Origin: Podarcis vaucheri
Lineage: Eukaryota
Reading direction: 5' to 3' (one strand)
NCBI GenBank assembly: GCA_965113315.1
Contig: OZ220368.1
Length of the DNA: 64,000 nucleotides
Shown here: positions 24,355 to 37,100 of the stretch, one piece after another
How positions within the stretch are numbered: position 1 is the stretch's first letter
How the letters are laid out: each line of letters begins with the position of its first letter
Notes under the pieces: generated by a model
What the model saw: only the letters and a program-made list of their open reading frames with translations
What the model was told of the DNA's origin: nothing
Databases searched by the model: none
Position numbers and translations under genes: made by a program

Positions 24355-26712
24355 CTTATTATTAACACAAAAGATTTTCTGAGCACTAGATATGCTGAAT
24401 CAGTGCAAATGCACTCATAAACTGTTCAGGTTGCGCTAATCCACAATTACAAATGAACCTGTAGGATCAGTGCAGGTGGCACAGCCTGAATCAATGAGTG
24501 TTAGAAAACCACAGTGCTAGCTAGCTTTGTTAGGATACCTTCCCATTCACTTTTAATTCAGCAGCAATAGAACAGATGGGCGGGTAGGGAGTTAGCAGGG
24601 CTTGGGCTTCATGTTTTTGTGCCTCCCCCTCTCTAAGGAGAAAAGTACCATGAAAGTTGCCTCTCTCCAATGAGAGTGCTCAAACACTTCCATTATCCTT
24701 GAGTGCAGCCTCTCACTAGTCTCTTGATCACCTGGAAAGCTGGAAGGAAGGTAGACTGGGATTTGCATCAGGACTGGAAACTTGGCTGAGTGGGCCCTTA
24801 GCAATTCATGAGAACCTGCCAACGCTAGGTGCTGATAAAGCTGGGTACTGACGTTAGACATGCCTGGATATCGCTTAAATGTGCAAATGTATTGGAAATA
24901 AGCAAGGTCACTGTAGAATCTCATCATCTTTACATTAGAAGACTGAAAGGCCATTTGCAAGAGTTGCATAAAGGACCCAGAGGATTCTGCCATGACTGGG
25001 TGGCTGGGTGGGTGGAGGCAGATTAGAGGGCAGCTGGGGCACCTTTCAACACAGCGATTCTTTTAATGTTTTTTCTAAAGTCAACTATAGAGCTTGGGAG
25101 GCCAGCATCTCGATCCCTTCAGTGCTTCACCATAGGGCACTGTGCCTTGTCCCCGGATCCTAACCCAGGGCTGTGTATTGCATGAGCAGCTACTTGGCAT
25201 TCCATGGGAGGCAGTGGAAGGGTGGGGAGAGAAAGGGCTGCATGCAAATTTCATTTCTGAGCCACTGGCGCTGTTTCAAGTGCCAGGAGCCTCGGAGCCC
25301 CTTCTCAGCATTACATATGTAACAGCCTCATTGAACTTGACATGTCAAATTCAGGCCATTTGTGCAAAATCTCCCTTTAATAATACCGTTTCATTTCACT
25401 CAAATGAGACTTGAATGCATGTAAAATGGAAAAGGATATTTAAGCGCTAACATTAGGCAGATGTCTTGCCAGAGGCCGATTGAATATATGAGATTTTGAA
25501 GTGGTTAACACGATTTCGCTGCTCCCTCTTAGAATATGTCACCTGCCGGGCGTTTCTTCCCCCTCCTCCCTCCCTTTTTAAGCGAAGGATATAAATTGAA
25601 AGAAAACAAAACTACAAGCTTCGGCTTGGAGGGGATTAACTCCGTCCACGCTGGCATGTCCTTCTGAAAAACAAACAAGCTTCTATCTTACTTTTACAGG
25701 GCAGTTTTGGAAATAGAGGCAACATTTTGTGGCAAGGTAGGTGCTAGGCACTGCTTTTAAATTAAAGAATATTAGAAATATCATTGGAGGCAATATAGTC
25801 CAATCCCCTGCCCCAGCAAGATTCCTTCAGACTATCCTTCAGCTCTGGATAGTTGCCTATATAGTTTCTTTTTAGGGCTTATTCAGCCACTTCCCCTCTA
25901 TTGGGCAATACTAAAGCAGGCTACCAATGTCACATGCGCTTCACTCATTGTTCAGACCACAGAGGATAGCCTTGCTCAGAGGAACCGTTGTGCTCCAGTT
26001 CACCTCCCATTCAAAAATATGCAGGACGTCCAATCAGGCACAAATGCAACAGACTGCACATTCACTGGATAAACAGCCGTGTACAAACACTATACCTTTA
26101 GAGCAAATTCGAAGCACATTCTTCAGAGAATTCTGAACACTGTTGTTTGTTAAGGTTCACTGGGATTGTAACTCTTTGAGGGGAAAGAATGCGTTTCAGA
26201 TGTGCTTTAATGGCATAGGGTGTACATAGCTAGAGCAAGGGCAAAGCTGTTACAGTGGCCAATTGGCTCAGATTCTAATAAGCAACTGGACTACATGGCC
26301 AGTGAGACAGCTGCAACTTGCTTCACACCTGTTGAGGGTTTAAAAAATGCCTTGCTAGAGTGTTCCTACACTGGATCTACAAAATGAGGCAGTGCTGATT
26401 CTGGAGATAATTAAAGTAAAGTTAACAAAAAGTAGTAAGGCATGTGTGAAGAGGAAGGTTTGTCATTCAAAGTTCATGACAAAGTCCCAAATAAGCCAAG
26501 GTTGAATTTATTTTTCTCTGGTAGAGGGGACAAATCCTGTTGTAACAGATAAGTCTGTTGTTTGGGGATGAAAACTGATTTGTTCATCCAAGCAAGGGTT
26601 GAATCAGAAACTGAAGTGAGGTGACATAGACTCAGCAATCTCAATTAAAAATAGAAACAACACTCCTCTCTTTTGTTCTAAGATACTATGATTATACATC
26701 TCAAGTCCAAGA

Positions 26713-26790
26713 CATAGAATCATAGAATTGTAGAGTAGGAAGGGACCCTCAGGGTCATCTAGTCCAACCCCCTGCAATACAGGAATCTCA
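26713..26790 (-). mobile_element. CR1 LINE 3' end
   Basis: catagaatcatagaat (reverse complement of the CR1 ATTCTATG octamer tail) plus ggtcatctagtccaaccccctgcaat. Confidence 0.85.
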
Positions 26791-27694
26791 ACACGCTATC
26801 CAATTCCCCCATCCAATTCCTGGTCTGAAGGCATATGGTACAGTAACGTTACTGCAGCTAAGCAGATCTGAGTCTGGTTAGTGAAAGGATGGGGGCTCCA
26901 TGATGGAAGAAAGGCAAGTCATAAATGGGAAAACAAACAAATATCATGTAAATTGAAGTCATAATCTCTGGTGAAAAAATGCCATCTATTGAGTAACACC
27001 AGTAAGGAGATGTAGCTGTAACATCCCCCAGTGCCTTGTTAATGCAGATAAAGATTGCTACCTCAAGATGATAACCCTGGAATCATTACCTCTAAACCTT
27101 TTTGGCTGTGTAAACAAGCCTTTAGAGGCCACAAACCATGGAGCCACTGGTGCTTTTCATAAACACTGGAGTTAAATGCTTCTGAGTAATGTCCAAATCG
27201 CTTTACTGTGCAGTGTTCACACTGATGCCCTGCTGAGAAGACAATATGGGCCAGGGCATTCTTTGTGTGGCCATGACCAAGGGAAGGCTGCTTTTTTCAT
27301 CCCACACCACAGGAGGTTTCCTTTACCCTAATGTTTATTTAATAGCTGAAACAACAATCTGTGGTTGGGCACATCTTTCTTTAAAAAAAGAAGAAGATCC
27401 TTCCCTTTGGCAAGCGAGGTTCTCCCACTTCCCAGGATGATTTTCCCATACCACAGTGATTAGTAACAGCTGCTGGGCCATTTTGGTAACGACTGGAGTT
27501 TGGCAGAGAGGTATGTTGGGCTCCTGTACTCTAGCCCATCACATTTATAAGCCTACATTTTATTTTCAAGTTTATTGGCTTATTTGAGATTGGTTATTAG
27601 CTTCCCTTTCTCATTATGGATGGCTTCTGTCTCCCAAGTCCTTTCAGGGTCACAAGCTGGAAGGATGGTGCCACCATCTTGAATACACAAAGCA

Positions 27695-27695
<1 letters not shown>

Positions 27696-27733
<38 letters not shown>
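27696..27733. repeat. (CA)n microsatellite
   Basis: Direct observation; source of the CVCVCV ORFs. Confidence 0.95.
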
Positions 27734-27737
<4 letters not shown>

Positions 27738-27899
27738 GAGATTTGTGTTGAAGATGGGCAAGTTCATGTAAGAGGCCATGTTTATATACCATGTTCTATG
27801 CAAGGAAGCCCTGAACCCCAGTTCCCATGAGACACAAAAGTAGCCTGACATTTAAGGTGGCTTGTTCCCACTGCCAGGCTGGGGCAGGATGTGGCAGCG

Positions 27900-28410
27900 G
27901 GCTGGTGATTAGCCCCTGGGGCCTGATCTGCAGAGGAGACTGAGCGTTATCTATTGCAGCATGGTAGGAGTCATTAGTTAATAATTAATAAAGACCCTGC
28001 TATTGCTCTTCCCCATGCATGCAGCCTTAGCGGGCAAGGGCTAGGAGTAAGCTGTCTCCCCCTTTAACTGCCGTGGTTATTTAAAGGAATAATGCCATTC
28101 TTTTTCATTTGTCAGCTGGCCCACAATGGCCCTTGTCAGCCTTTATGATTTAGTGTTTCCTTTCCTTTCCCATTAAACGCCACCTCCCCCCCACCTCCCT
28201 GCCTCACGCCAGCCACAGGCTGCTCTCGGCCAGCTCCACTCCAAGACTAGCCTCGCTCTTTCCACAGGCTCCTCTGAGCGCTAATTGCTTCTGTTCATTT
28301 AAACCTGTTCGTTAATTTGCTGTGGCCCTTTATTAAGTTGGATGCAGCCCAAATTACACCATAAATTATGCGCACAAGGGAACTGGGTGTCACATGGGAT
28401 AAATGACTTG
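27900..28410. promoter_or_regulatory. Candidate conserved intronic enhancer
   Basis: tgtca x2, acaatgg, tttatga, ccataaa and many TAAT motifs. Confidence 0.45.
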
Positions 28411-30026
28411 GCTGTTGCCTCCCCCCCCCCCCACTCCTCTTCCCTCCCGTCTGAGAAGTGGCAGATTCTGGCTCGGTACTGGATCCTACATCGGTATGGA
28501 TCTGGGAGGTCTTGGTCCAGCCTGGATTCAGTAGGCCCCTCTTTTTATACCCTGTGGAAACTGGTTCCTTACACCTGTGTCCAATAATCCCCCTTGTTAC
28601 ACTGAGAAAAGACTCCAGGCTAAGCTGGGCCCTCTTTTCGAACCTTGAGGGGTGGTCTGTTGAGGTGCTGGGCGGTCCAAAACCTGGTTGTTCCCTGCTT
28701 CCTACTGTTCCCAGCCACCTGATGACATCACCTTGCTGCCATCGGCAGCCTGATCTCTTTCTTCACCTTTTAATGACCGGGGAATTCATTAATAATTGAA
28801 ATAAACACGCTCTCTCCCAGGCTGCAGTTTTATTAAGGGAAGGCCAGGGATCTGCCAACCCTTGGCTGCAGCGATTTCCTAAATAACTGCTAGCAGTTAA
28901 AATGCAATTATTATTTTTAAAAAAACACAGAGGACTTTTGCTGCGCTGGTGAAAGCAGCAGCAGCAGGCAAGGGAGAGGCAGCCTCAGGGCAGGTGGCAG
29001 CCTCTGGGAGGTGGGCTGGTGGACGCCACCTTTGTGTCCACATGCTTAACCTCTTCTCTGCTGCACTGGGGAGGCAAGGATGCCTGAGAAACAGAGGCTG
29101 CTGTTCATAGGAGTCACGAAAGGGGGAACCTGGAGAGGCAGCAATTCCCCACCAAAACTCTTTGGCAGTGTTGTTTTCCATATTGGTAAGATCACACATT
29201 TGTTTTGCAATCGATGAAAGCTGGGGGGAGGGGATCAGAGATTTCAAACCTTTCAATTTCATTTTCATTGGCAGGCTAGGTAGGCCAGTATGGAATTTAC
29301 AGGTTAAGAGATAAAAATGCATGCTGAGAGTTTTCCCTGAAACCAGTGAAGCAGCACCAGAGACATCAATGCAGGCAGGGCTGGCTACAGAGAGAAGCAG
29401 CCTGAGAGCTAGTGAAGTATTCCCAGTGTCCCCCACATCGGATTTAGGGTGGTGCCGGCAGTTCCCCCACAAAAGGGCAGTGAGCTGAGCGGGCACAAAA
29501 TTGAGAAGATCCATTTGGGGGCGCCAAATTTTGGGGTCGCTCAGGGCACCATATTACCAAAGATTACCTAATTCTGCCCCTGGTGTGTCAAAGTTGTTTT
29601 TTTTTTTAAAGTGTCCTTGAGAAAGAATCCCCCAAAATGTGTTGCACTCACAATAAATCTTGTGTGGTATGATCAATCAGGAAAATAACATTGCCTGAGA
29701 GCCTTGGTGGGGAATATTTTGCAACACCTAAAGTTTCCTCCCTCCTCCTTTTTGGTGGTGGGAGAAGCATCTTAGATTGATTGATTATTGGGACTGAAAA
29801 CACATGTTCAAAAGAAGGGTACACAGATAGTTTAATGTTCTAAAAATCTGCAGTAAGAGTTAAACACTCCTCACCAAGGTATACAAGAACAAATTTATAG
29901 ATTGCTCAGCTGGTACATGCCACACTGACTATAGAGGGATGGGACCCACGTTAGCTGTGTCTTGGGGTTATGCACACTGATGCTTGTGGTAGTACATGGG
30001 TTGGTGAAGACCCTGGCTGTCCTTAC

Positions 30027-30156
30027 CTGATGTTGAGCTGTGTTAACTTCTCCATTTCCTGCTCCATGTGTTCCTGCAGCTCACCCGGGCGAAGCAAGAC
30101 CTGACAAATGGGGCAGATGGGAGCCTGGCTGTCAAAAAGTGTTGCCTTCTTTTTGC
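30027..30156 (-). CDS. RNF220: RNF220 internal coding exon (probable ortholog of human exon 3), 130 nt
   Basis: Minus strand reads ...ttccattacag|GC AAA AAG AAG GCA ACA CTT TTT GAC AGC CAG GCT CCC ATC TGC CCC ATT TGT CAG...AAC ATC AG|gtaagg. The peptide LFDSQAPICPICQVLLRPxELQEHMEQE is recognised as RNF220. Canonical splice sites, phase 1 in and phase 2 out. Overlaps ORF 30023..30208. Confidence 0.95.
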
Positions 30157-31599
30157 CTGTAATGGAACACAAGATAGAGTATTGAGTTTCAGGTACCCTC
30201 AAATCCATTCATTAGTACCATCCCACCACTCTTATAGCTTGGAAATAGAAAGTGTTTTATAAAAAACAACATCCCACAAATATCTGTAGCCTCAATTACT
30301 AGCTCAGTAGCCAATTTGTGTCTCTTCTACCCACTGGCTTTTCTGAATGCCGCTCCTTGTTTGTTTCAGGAATGCACTTGTAGGCCACACACCATTGGCT
30401 AAGTTCAGCAGAACTTTGGACCTATGTAATGGGCTGCAGCAGCTGGCCCTGGCTTAGGATTAGACCCTTATAAGCTTGGAAAGGGGTGACTGTGGGGAGG
30501 TGCTGAGGGAAGTTAGCTTGAAGAAATTAACTTCAGCTTCTTATCCTGTAAACATGGCTGAAGGAGGCAATTAAAGGGAGAGAAGGAGCACTTCTAGCAG
30601 CTATGGGGAATTACTAGGGCAGCCTCTTTCTGCACCATCGGCCAAGAAGCAAGATGCCCCACCTCCTACTACCATGAGACAGAGAGACAGACATACAGAC
30701 TGACTGACTATGACTGCTGCTTACCACTGCTTGAAATGGCAGCAATAACATATTTGCACTTTTCTAACGTTACCTCTACACAGGCTCCCCAGCCTATTTG
30801 CTTACATAAATATCACTTCCTTACAGAACTGTTGAGAGTACACAATGTATTTCTATAATGGGGTCCTTGGGCACACACCCAGTTTTCTTACATGGGAATT
30901 ATATCCATGAAGGAAATTCATTTTGCATGAAACGGCCTTAAAAGTGAGAGAGTCTTACAACAGTATATTTTACTCAGTATCAATATTCTAACTCTTTGTC
31001 CCCAATCGCCCTGCTAGGAACCATGCCATTGATTTCTCTGGTTGGAACAACCTCAGAAGGCACTAAGCAGAGGCAGAAACAATGTGGTTTTAAAATAGAC
31101 TTCTATCAAAAGTGCAAGTAAAGATTAAGTCATAGTAACCTTTCACGAGCAGAACTAAAGCACTTCTACCACTCAAGTTAGCACTCAAGCCATGTAAACA
31201 AACTTTCAGGGGAGAAACTGGATATACACGGCTCCTTGTAAGCTTGAGATGATTCAGAAAAGACAAGCAACTTCCTTGAATGGTTTGTCACGTGTGTGTG
31301 TGTGTTGATGAACAGGAGGGATACTGAAAACCTAAGAAATATACGGGTATTTTTGAAGGTCTCCCAAGCAGAAGAGCATCTTTGCTGTGAGTCCTGCAAG
31401 ACCTGCTCCCTGCTTTGCTGGCCTGTTTCTACCTGGCCTGGGAGGGTGGGTCGCTGACTGACTCCAGCCACAGAAACAGCTGTTGCTACTAAAATGGTCA
31501 GAGACCATCTTAGCTGTGAATCCTGCAGGGCTGCTGCTCAAGATGCCTCCATCTATCAGGATGGAGAGTTTTTGCTGGAGTCAAGATTTCATTTTGGAA

Positions 31600-31815
31600 A
31601 TGCTGTTACTGGTACAGAATAATGCTTTTGTCTCTTTACTGTTAGACCTTATTATGAATTATGTAGAGATTGTTTATTTTATTATATATGTATTAGGATG
31701 TTTTCATTTATTGCTTAGAATTTAAGTTTTGTTATATTTTTGTAATTATGTAAATCTTTTGATGTTGTAAGCCACCTTGAGTTTAACTGTAGAAAGGCGA
31801 CATACAAATAAATGA
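31600..31815 (+). mobile_element. L2-type 3' UTR and tail
   Basis: AT-rich tract ending tgtaagccaccttgag...gaaaggcgacatacaaataaa; similar tail at about 18120-18185. Confidence 0.5.
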
Positions 31816-33142
31816 TTGTGATGAAATGTGATTTATTAGCACTAGAAATTATACCAACCCTATTCGGCTTCTTCTTCTGGTACAAATTCAACCAGTCACA
31901 ACCTCAAAAGATACTGGGAGCTCTGAACTAGCAGGGACAATGATTTCTGTACCATTTGAATCGCCTCAGAAAGACCTCCATGGCCTATTACAGCACAACT
32001 GAATTTTGTTGAGAAGCCGGCAACAGTTTGGTTTTCTATGTTCTACAGCTAGTTTCTTTCCCTGCTCAGAGATGTTACTACACTCTGCATTAGAAAACGC
32101 AGCACCCTGCTAACGTATAAATATTTTTTAAAGGCAAACAACCAAGTGACCAAAGACATTATTAGATAGTTGCAGGGCTGCAAGCACGAGCTCCATAGCT
32201 GTGATAGCTGCTCTGGTCGTCAGAGGGCGTAGCACACCCAGATCTGATGGCTGCCGTGAAGGGAAGCATGCTTTATAGTTTCCTATTGTCATCTAATGTG
32301 AAGCGTTCCTGCTGGATTATTTATTTATGTATTAGACATGGATCAAATTGGTTAAATCCGCGCGAGAGGCAGTAATGCGCCATAAAGCAGGCTGCGTGCA
32401 ATATGGCCTTCCAATCAAAAGCCAAAAGGTGCCATTTTATGGCCCCAAGCAAAAAGCACAGCCCAGTTAAATGAATCCCCTTGAAAGGAATAGACCTCCC
32501 AAAGGAGAAAATGTTGGCACAAGCACTTTGCCGGGGCTACATAAACAGGTGTAGGGGGGAGGCGCTTTAACAGGACTGAAACAAGTTTGGAAATAACCTT
32601 GACTCATCCTTGCCTTCAAATTATGCACAAGGCCATGCTTCAGGGGAGATGTCTTTCACCAGCAATGTCCTCACTATATAATACACTCACTAAGTGCACC
32701 ACAGAACCCTTTATGGGAATTAGGGTTTTATTTCTCTCTATGCATATTGAGGGCATTGAACTGAGGGCACCTTACTCAAGGCTTCTTCTCCCCCGGCTGT
32801 AAACTACCACACCATCATTCCCTTTTATAACTAAAGCTGCAAACGGTGTTTGAATTATCAGAGTTCAGGGGGGTGGAGGGGAGTAGTCTTATATCAGGAT
32901 GGAGTGAAGGGGTGCTGTTATGAGGTAGCCCAAAGAACCTGAGTCCCAGGTCTTTTTTGTAGGCCCCTGGTTCCTCTGCCTCTCCCCCTCTCCTTTTCAA
33001 GGAACTCAATATGTTGTTTTTAATATTGCATACTAACATGCTAAAAAGTGCATTGCCCATAAGACACCCCGGCTACATGCCATCTTGATTTGTCCAGTGA
33101 CACTCACTTTAGACTGAATATGTACATAAGCAAACAAACAAA

Positions 33143-33355
33143 CAGGGTGGTGTAGTGGTTAGAGGGAGGGACTAAGACCTGGGAGACCAGGCTTCAAATG
33201 GCCACTCAGCCATGAAGCTCACTGGATGACCTTGGGCCAGTCACTCACTCTTAGTCTATCCTGCCCCACATGGTTGCTGTGAGGATAAAATAGGGAGGGA
33301 GAAGAGCCATGTATGCCACCTTGAGCTCCTTGGAGGGGGCATAAATGTAATAAAT
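33143..33355 (+). mobile_element. Squam3/MIR-like tRNA-derived SINE
   Basis: gtggtgtagtggttaga (A box), ggcttcaaatggcc (B-box-like), gaccttgggccagtcac core, L2-like tail gccaccttgagctccttggag. Confidence 0.8.
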
Positions 33356-34141
33356 ATGCTGCAGTTCATGCCAGCAAATTATTCAGATTATTCTTATTCA
33401 GCCATTGTTAAACTCATCTTCCAGAACAGAGACAGATTGCTGGTCCTTTCTACCATCACCCCTGCTGTAAGCCCTGCTATGGATCAGAAGGAGAACAACT
33501 GGCCTGTTTTGCAGTGCTCACTGTTGCTCCATCACACCCAGAGTGCTGCTGCTTTTCAATAATAGCCAGACCTAAACAATTCTCTCACATTGACTGGGAG
33601 GGTGAGCAACCCCAGCTTCCTCTTGGAGCCTTTCCACTTTTGTGTGGTCAAAGTCCAAAATAACCCCAGAAGGTCCCCCACTGGCTGCTATTTATAACTA
33701 TAGTCCCATTAGTGTAACAATGCTAGTGTCTGAGACCTCCCTCCTAAAACAAACAGGCAGCCTCTGAGCAAACGGGAAATCCTGCTGGATCCCTGCTGCA
33801 GTCTGCATGGTTGGATGGGTAAACATGCAGGGTGATCTCGCTGTCCCCTTCCCACAGCACAGCAAGAGCATGAAATGCTCCTTGGAGCTGCTTCTCTGTC
33901 CATCACCACTAGATGTGACCCAGAGCCACGAAAGGACAATCAACTCAATGCTCTTCAACTTTAATGGGGTTTCTGTCCCATCTTTTTCTGGTGGTAATTT
34001 CTTCATTATTTTCCTTGTTTTGGCAGGGGAAAAAATGATTTTAAATCGCTTGTAAGAAAACCCCACACACATTCTCAGCTGTTTAAAAAAATTAAAATAC
34101 GAAACCAAAAACTACAGTCACGCATGCTGATCATCTGATCG

Positions 34142-34155
34142 CCAGCAGAGGGCGG
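34142..34155 (+). promoter_or_regulatory. Candidate CTCF site
   Basis: ccagcagagggcgg closely fits the CTCF core CCASYAGRKGGCRS, in non-repeat context. Confidence 0.5.
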
Positions 34156-37100
34156 CATAGAAACAAAACTAGTTACTATATTAGTAACCCCTATGGGTGC
34201 CCATCTTTTGCTGGCCTAAGATTGAAATGGACTTTTCAGATCACTTAATTTATGTGACACTGGGAGGGAGAGATTGCAGACTCACTGTAGGAAAAAGGAC
34301 CCATTTCAAGGGTACACCTGAAATCATTTCATCCAGAGGGTTGCCAGAGTGACTTTAGCACTGTGAGTCAACCAGCACCCAAGATAACATCTGCTCCTTA
34401 CAGAGGCACCTCCCGCAGAACCCACCAGGTACAGTTTTCTGTTTCTTACGCCTGTTGAAGGAAACAAGAAGGCAGCTGAGAGTGTGGTGCCAAGCAACCA
34501 ACCACACTACTCGGTCTGTGCCAAGTCTGAGTATGCCATTGTGCCAGGAGCTCCCACGCCCCCATATTTCAGCCAAGGCTGCAGGCTTCAAATGGCCCCT
34601 TTCAAGCTTTGTTTTTGGCAGCTGTGTTTGTGTTTGCTTGGCCTCCCTGCCTGTCCTTCCCTTCCCTTTGGCCCCTTGTAACTCAGCAGGGTTCATCTCC
34701 AGTGTTTACCCTCCTTGGCACGGCTGTTCTCTCCCCTGCAGCCCTTGGCTTGCTAACACTGCAAAGATGAAAAGGGCCAGCCACGTCCCTCTCCTGTGTG
34801 TGCAGACTCCCCTGGGCTCCAAATAAATGCTTCGTTCTAAGTGTTTGAAACTGAATATTTCCTGTCCTGAAAGCGGGGCAGAGGGGGGTTGGTACTTCAA
34901 CACAGAAACCACAAGAGCAGCTCTGTGAAATCCCTTCACACATCACAGCCTTAGGTGGGTCTGTCTGGACAACAAGAACACACCTGCTGGCAGCCTGTGA
35001 AGAAGGAGGCATGGTGGTTGCATCACTGAGAACTGAGCAACTTTATCACTTAGCCAGGAGGAACCTCTGCATGTATGAATGTGCCTAGAATTGTCTCAGG
35101 TTATATGAAGACATTTGCAGGGCCAATGGGTCTGCAGCGGTTCAATTTCCTGTCCCCAGTGGCTTTTTCATCCTTTCTGTTGTTAGATGTAGCCAAAATT
35201 GCTGCCAAATTAAGGTACAAGCACATTGTGTAGATGTCATAACAATAAAACATCTCTTCACAAAAGGCTGGAGGGGATACTTGTAGTAATGCCCCAAACT
35301 GGAATAAAAAAATGAGTTTATTCCAGAAGTATTCCAGAGATGTCACCACCACTTTTGTGGGACAACTGTAGAATAAGCATTTTGAAAATTTACTGTGTGT
35401 ATACAGTACAGACTGCTTTCTGAATATACATAGGATGCATCTGAGTATTCTTGGAATTTTAGACATTTAAATAATCATGCTAAACAGGTAAGGCATAATA
35501 ATACAAAATATGGCTGTATGGGGGACAGTGCATAGCTATGAAGTGGAAAGGGGTTTGTTGTAGTTGTTTTCTAACCAATATCTATATAAAGAGGATTCCT
35601 CACAAAACCAAGATACAGCCAATAACGATCTTAACTCTGCTGTTATTAGCAGCAGCTAAATTAGTGACAGCAACATACTGGAAGACTCTAGATACAAACC
35701 TTTTTGAAGCTTGGTTCTCAGAAGTATGGGACATCACCCTTATGGCAAAATTAACCATTTTGCAAACGGAACGTCACACCAGGGTGAAAGTGAACACCTT
35801 CTATACAATATGGTATGCTTGCATTGACTTTGTAAAATCAATTGAGTATGGTTTCCCTCCACCATCATCACATGGAACACTATGGAGCGACACCTTTATT
35901 TGACTGCCTATATTAGAATATAAGTGACTACAAATTTCAGCTGATACTTATTTTCTTCATTAACTAAGCTCTGTATTCTGTCTAGATAACTGTTTATCCT
36001 TTTTATGTTCAGTACTCAGCTCAGAAAATCAATAAAATATATTTTTAGCAAAGGGAAAAAAGAAGAAAGGATTCCTATATGCAAACTAAGGCGTTGGCTG
36101 CACTACTTTTTTTTAATCCAGTATGGTTGTGCATGATGGGGCTTCACAAACATGCACAACTACGCCAAGCAAATGCACATTGAACTATGTCTCCCTGTTG
36201 AAGCAATACCTGAGAATCTATATTGCAAATCGGGGCAAATATTTCATCACACTGCTTGGGTCTGAATGACTGCATTAACAGTGTCCCGGCTTCTCTAATT
36301 TTAAGGTGCAAATATTTTACAGCTTGCTTCCCCCCCCACACACACTTCCTGCCACTTCTACACAAACTCAAAGAAGCAGCGCTGCAGACACTCTTACTGT
36401 GTTTGCCCCTCTGTGGGCATCTGTGAGTTATAGTAGGTGTGGAGATGCTCCCCAACACCACAGTAGTCTGCCATGTTTACACAGAGCCTGAAAGACAATG
36501 CCCCAGGATAAGGGCAACATGCTCCAGGATGCAAACAGATTCGTAGATGCTTTGCATGGAAGCAATCTGATAGCCAACGCTTTGTGACAACACACCCTTA
36601 ATTTTCAGCAACAAAGGCTGCTTTCCAGCCAAACAGCAAAGCAAAGCAAAGCAATTTCACTCTCGCTCTCTCACATTTCATAAACATGTGTCTGACCTAA
36701 CAAATCTACCCAAATCATTTACTCTGAAACGCCCCAGAATAAATGAGCAGCCCTCTCCCCATACCAGAGACCTGTTGCCTGACAGGCTGCGAAGAAGCCT
36801 AGTGGCAGAAACATAATAGAAATGCTGACACAGCCTCAGGGTCTGTAATCAAGCTCCTGAAGGTTCTGTGGGGATTATTCTTCCCTTGGTGATGGGCCTG
36901 CTGTTATTCCTGGGCTGATAGCAGGTATCTGCGTGACAAGCTGCCTCTCCCTCCAGCTCAGAAAACAATCATTCTAAGGAGGGTCCACATTAGCTTTGGA
37001 GCAACCAAATGATGCTTCTGCACCCAGAAACACTGCCAGCTCATGGCTGTAAGGAGGCACTCATATACAGTTTGCTTGTTTGTTTTTATTCTAAGCATTT

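Larger units (their letters stand above)
9433..30026 (-). other. RNF220: RNF220 intron between the two exons (about 20.6 kb, GT-AG)
   Basis: Donor gtaagg at 30026-30021 and polypyrimidine tract plus AG at 9450-9433 on the minus strand; reading phases join correctly. Confidence 0.85.

Noticed and set aside
28897-29514. 205-aa minus-strand ORF
   Set aside because: No recognisable domain or splice context; it crosses a motif-rich non-coding block and a MITE-like remnant.
30157-30208. N-terminal extension MDLRVPETQYSILCSIT of ORF 30023..30208
   Set aside because: Lies in the intron upstream of the canonical acceptor; not RNF220-like.
31370-31540. Short imperfect direct repeat (catctttgctgtgagtcctgca / catcttagctgtgaatcctgca)
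   Set aside because: Only two copies of about 22 bp next to an L2 remnant; probably TE-internal.
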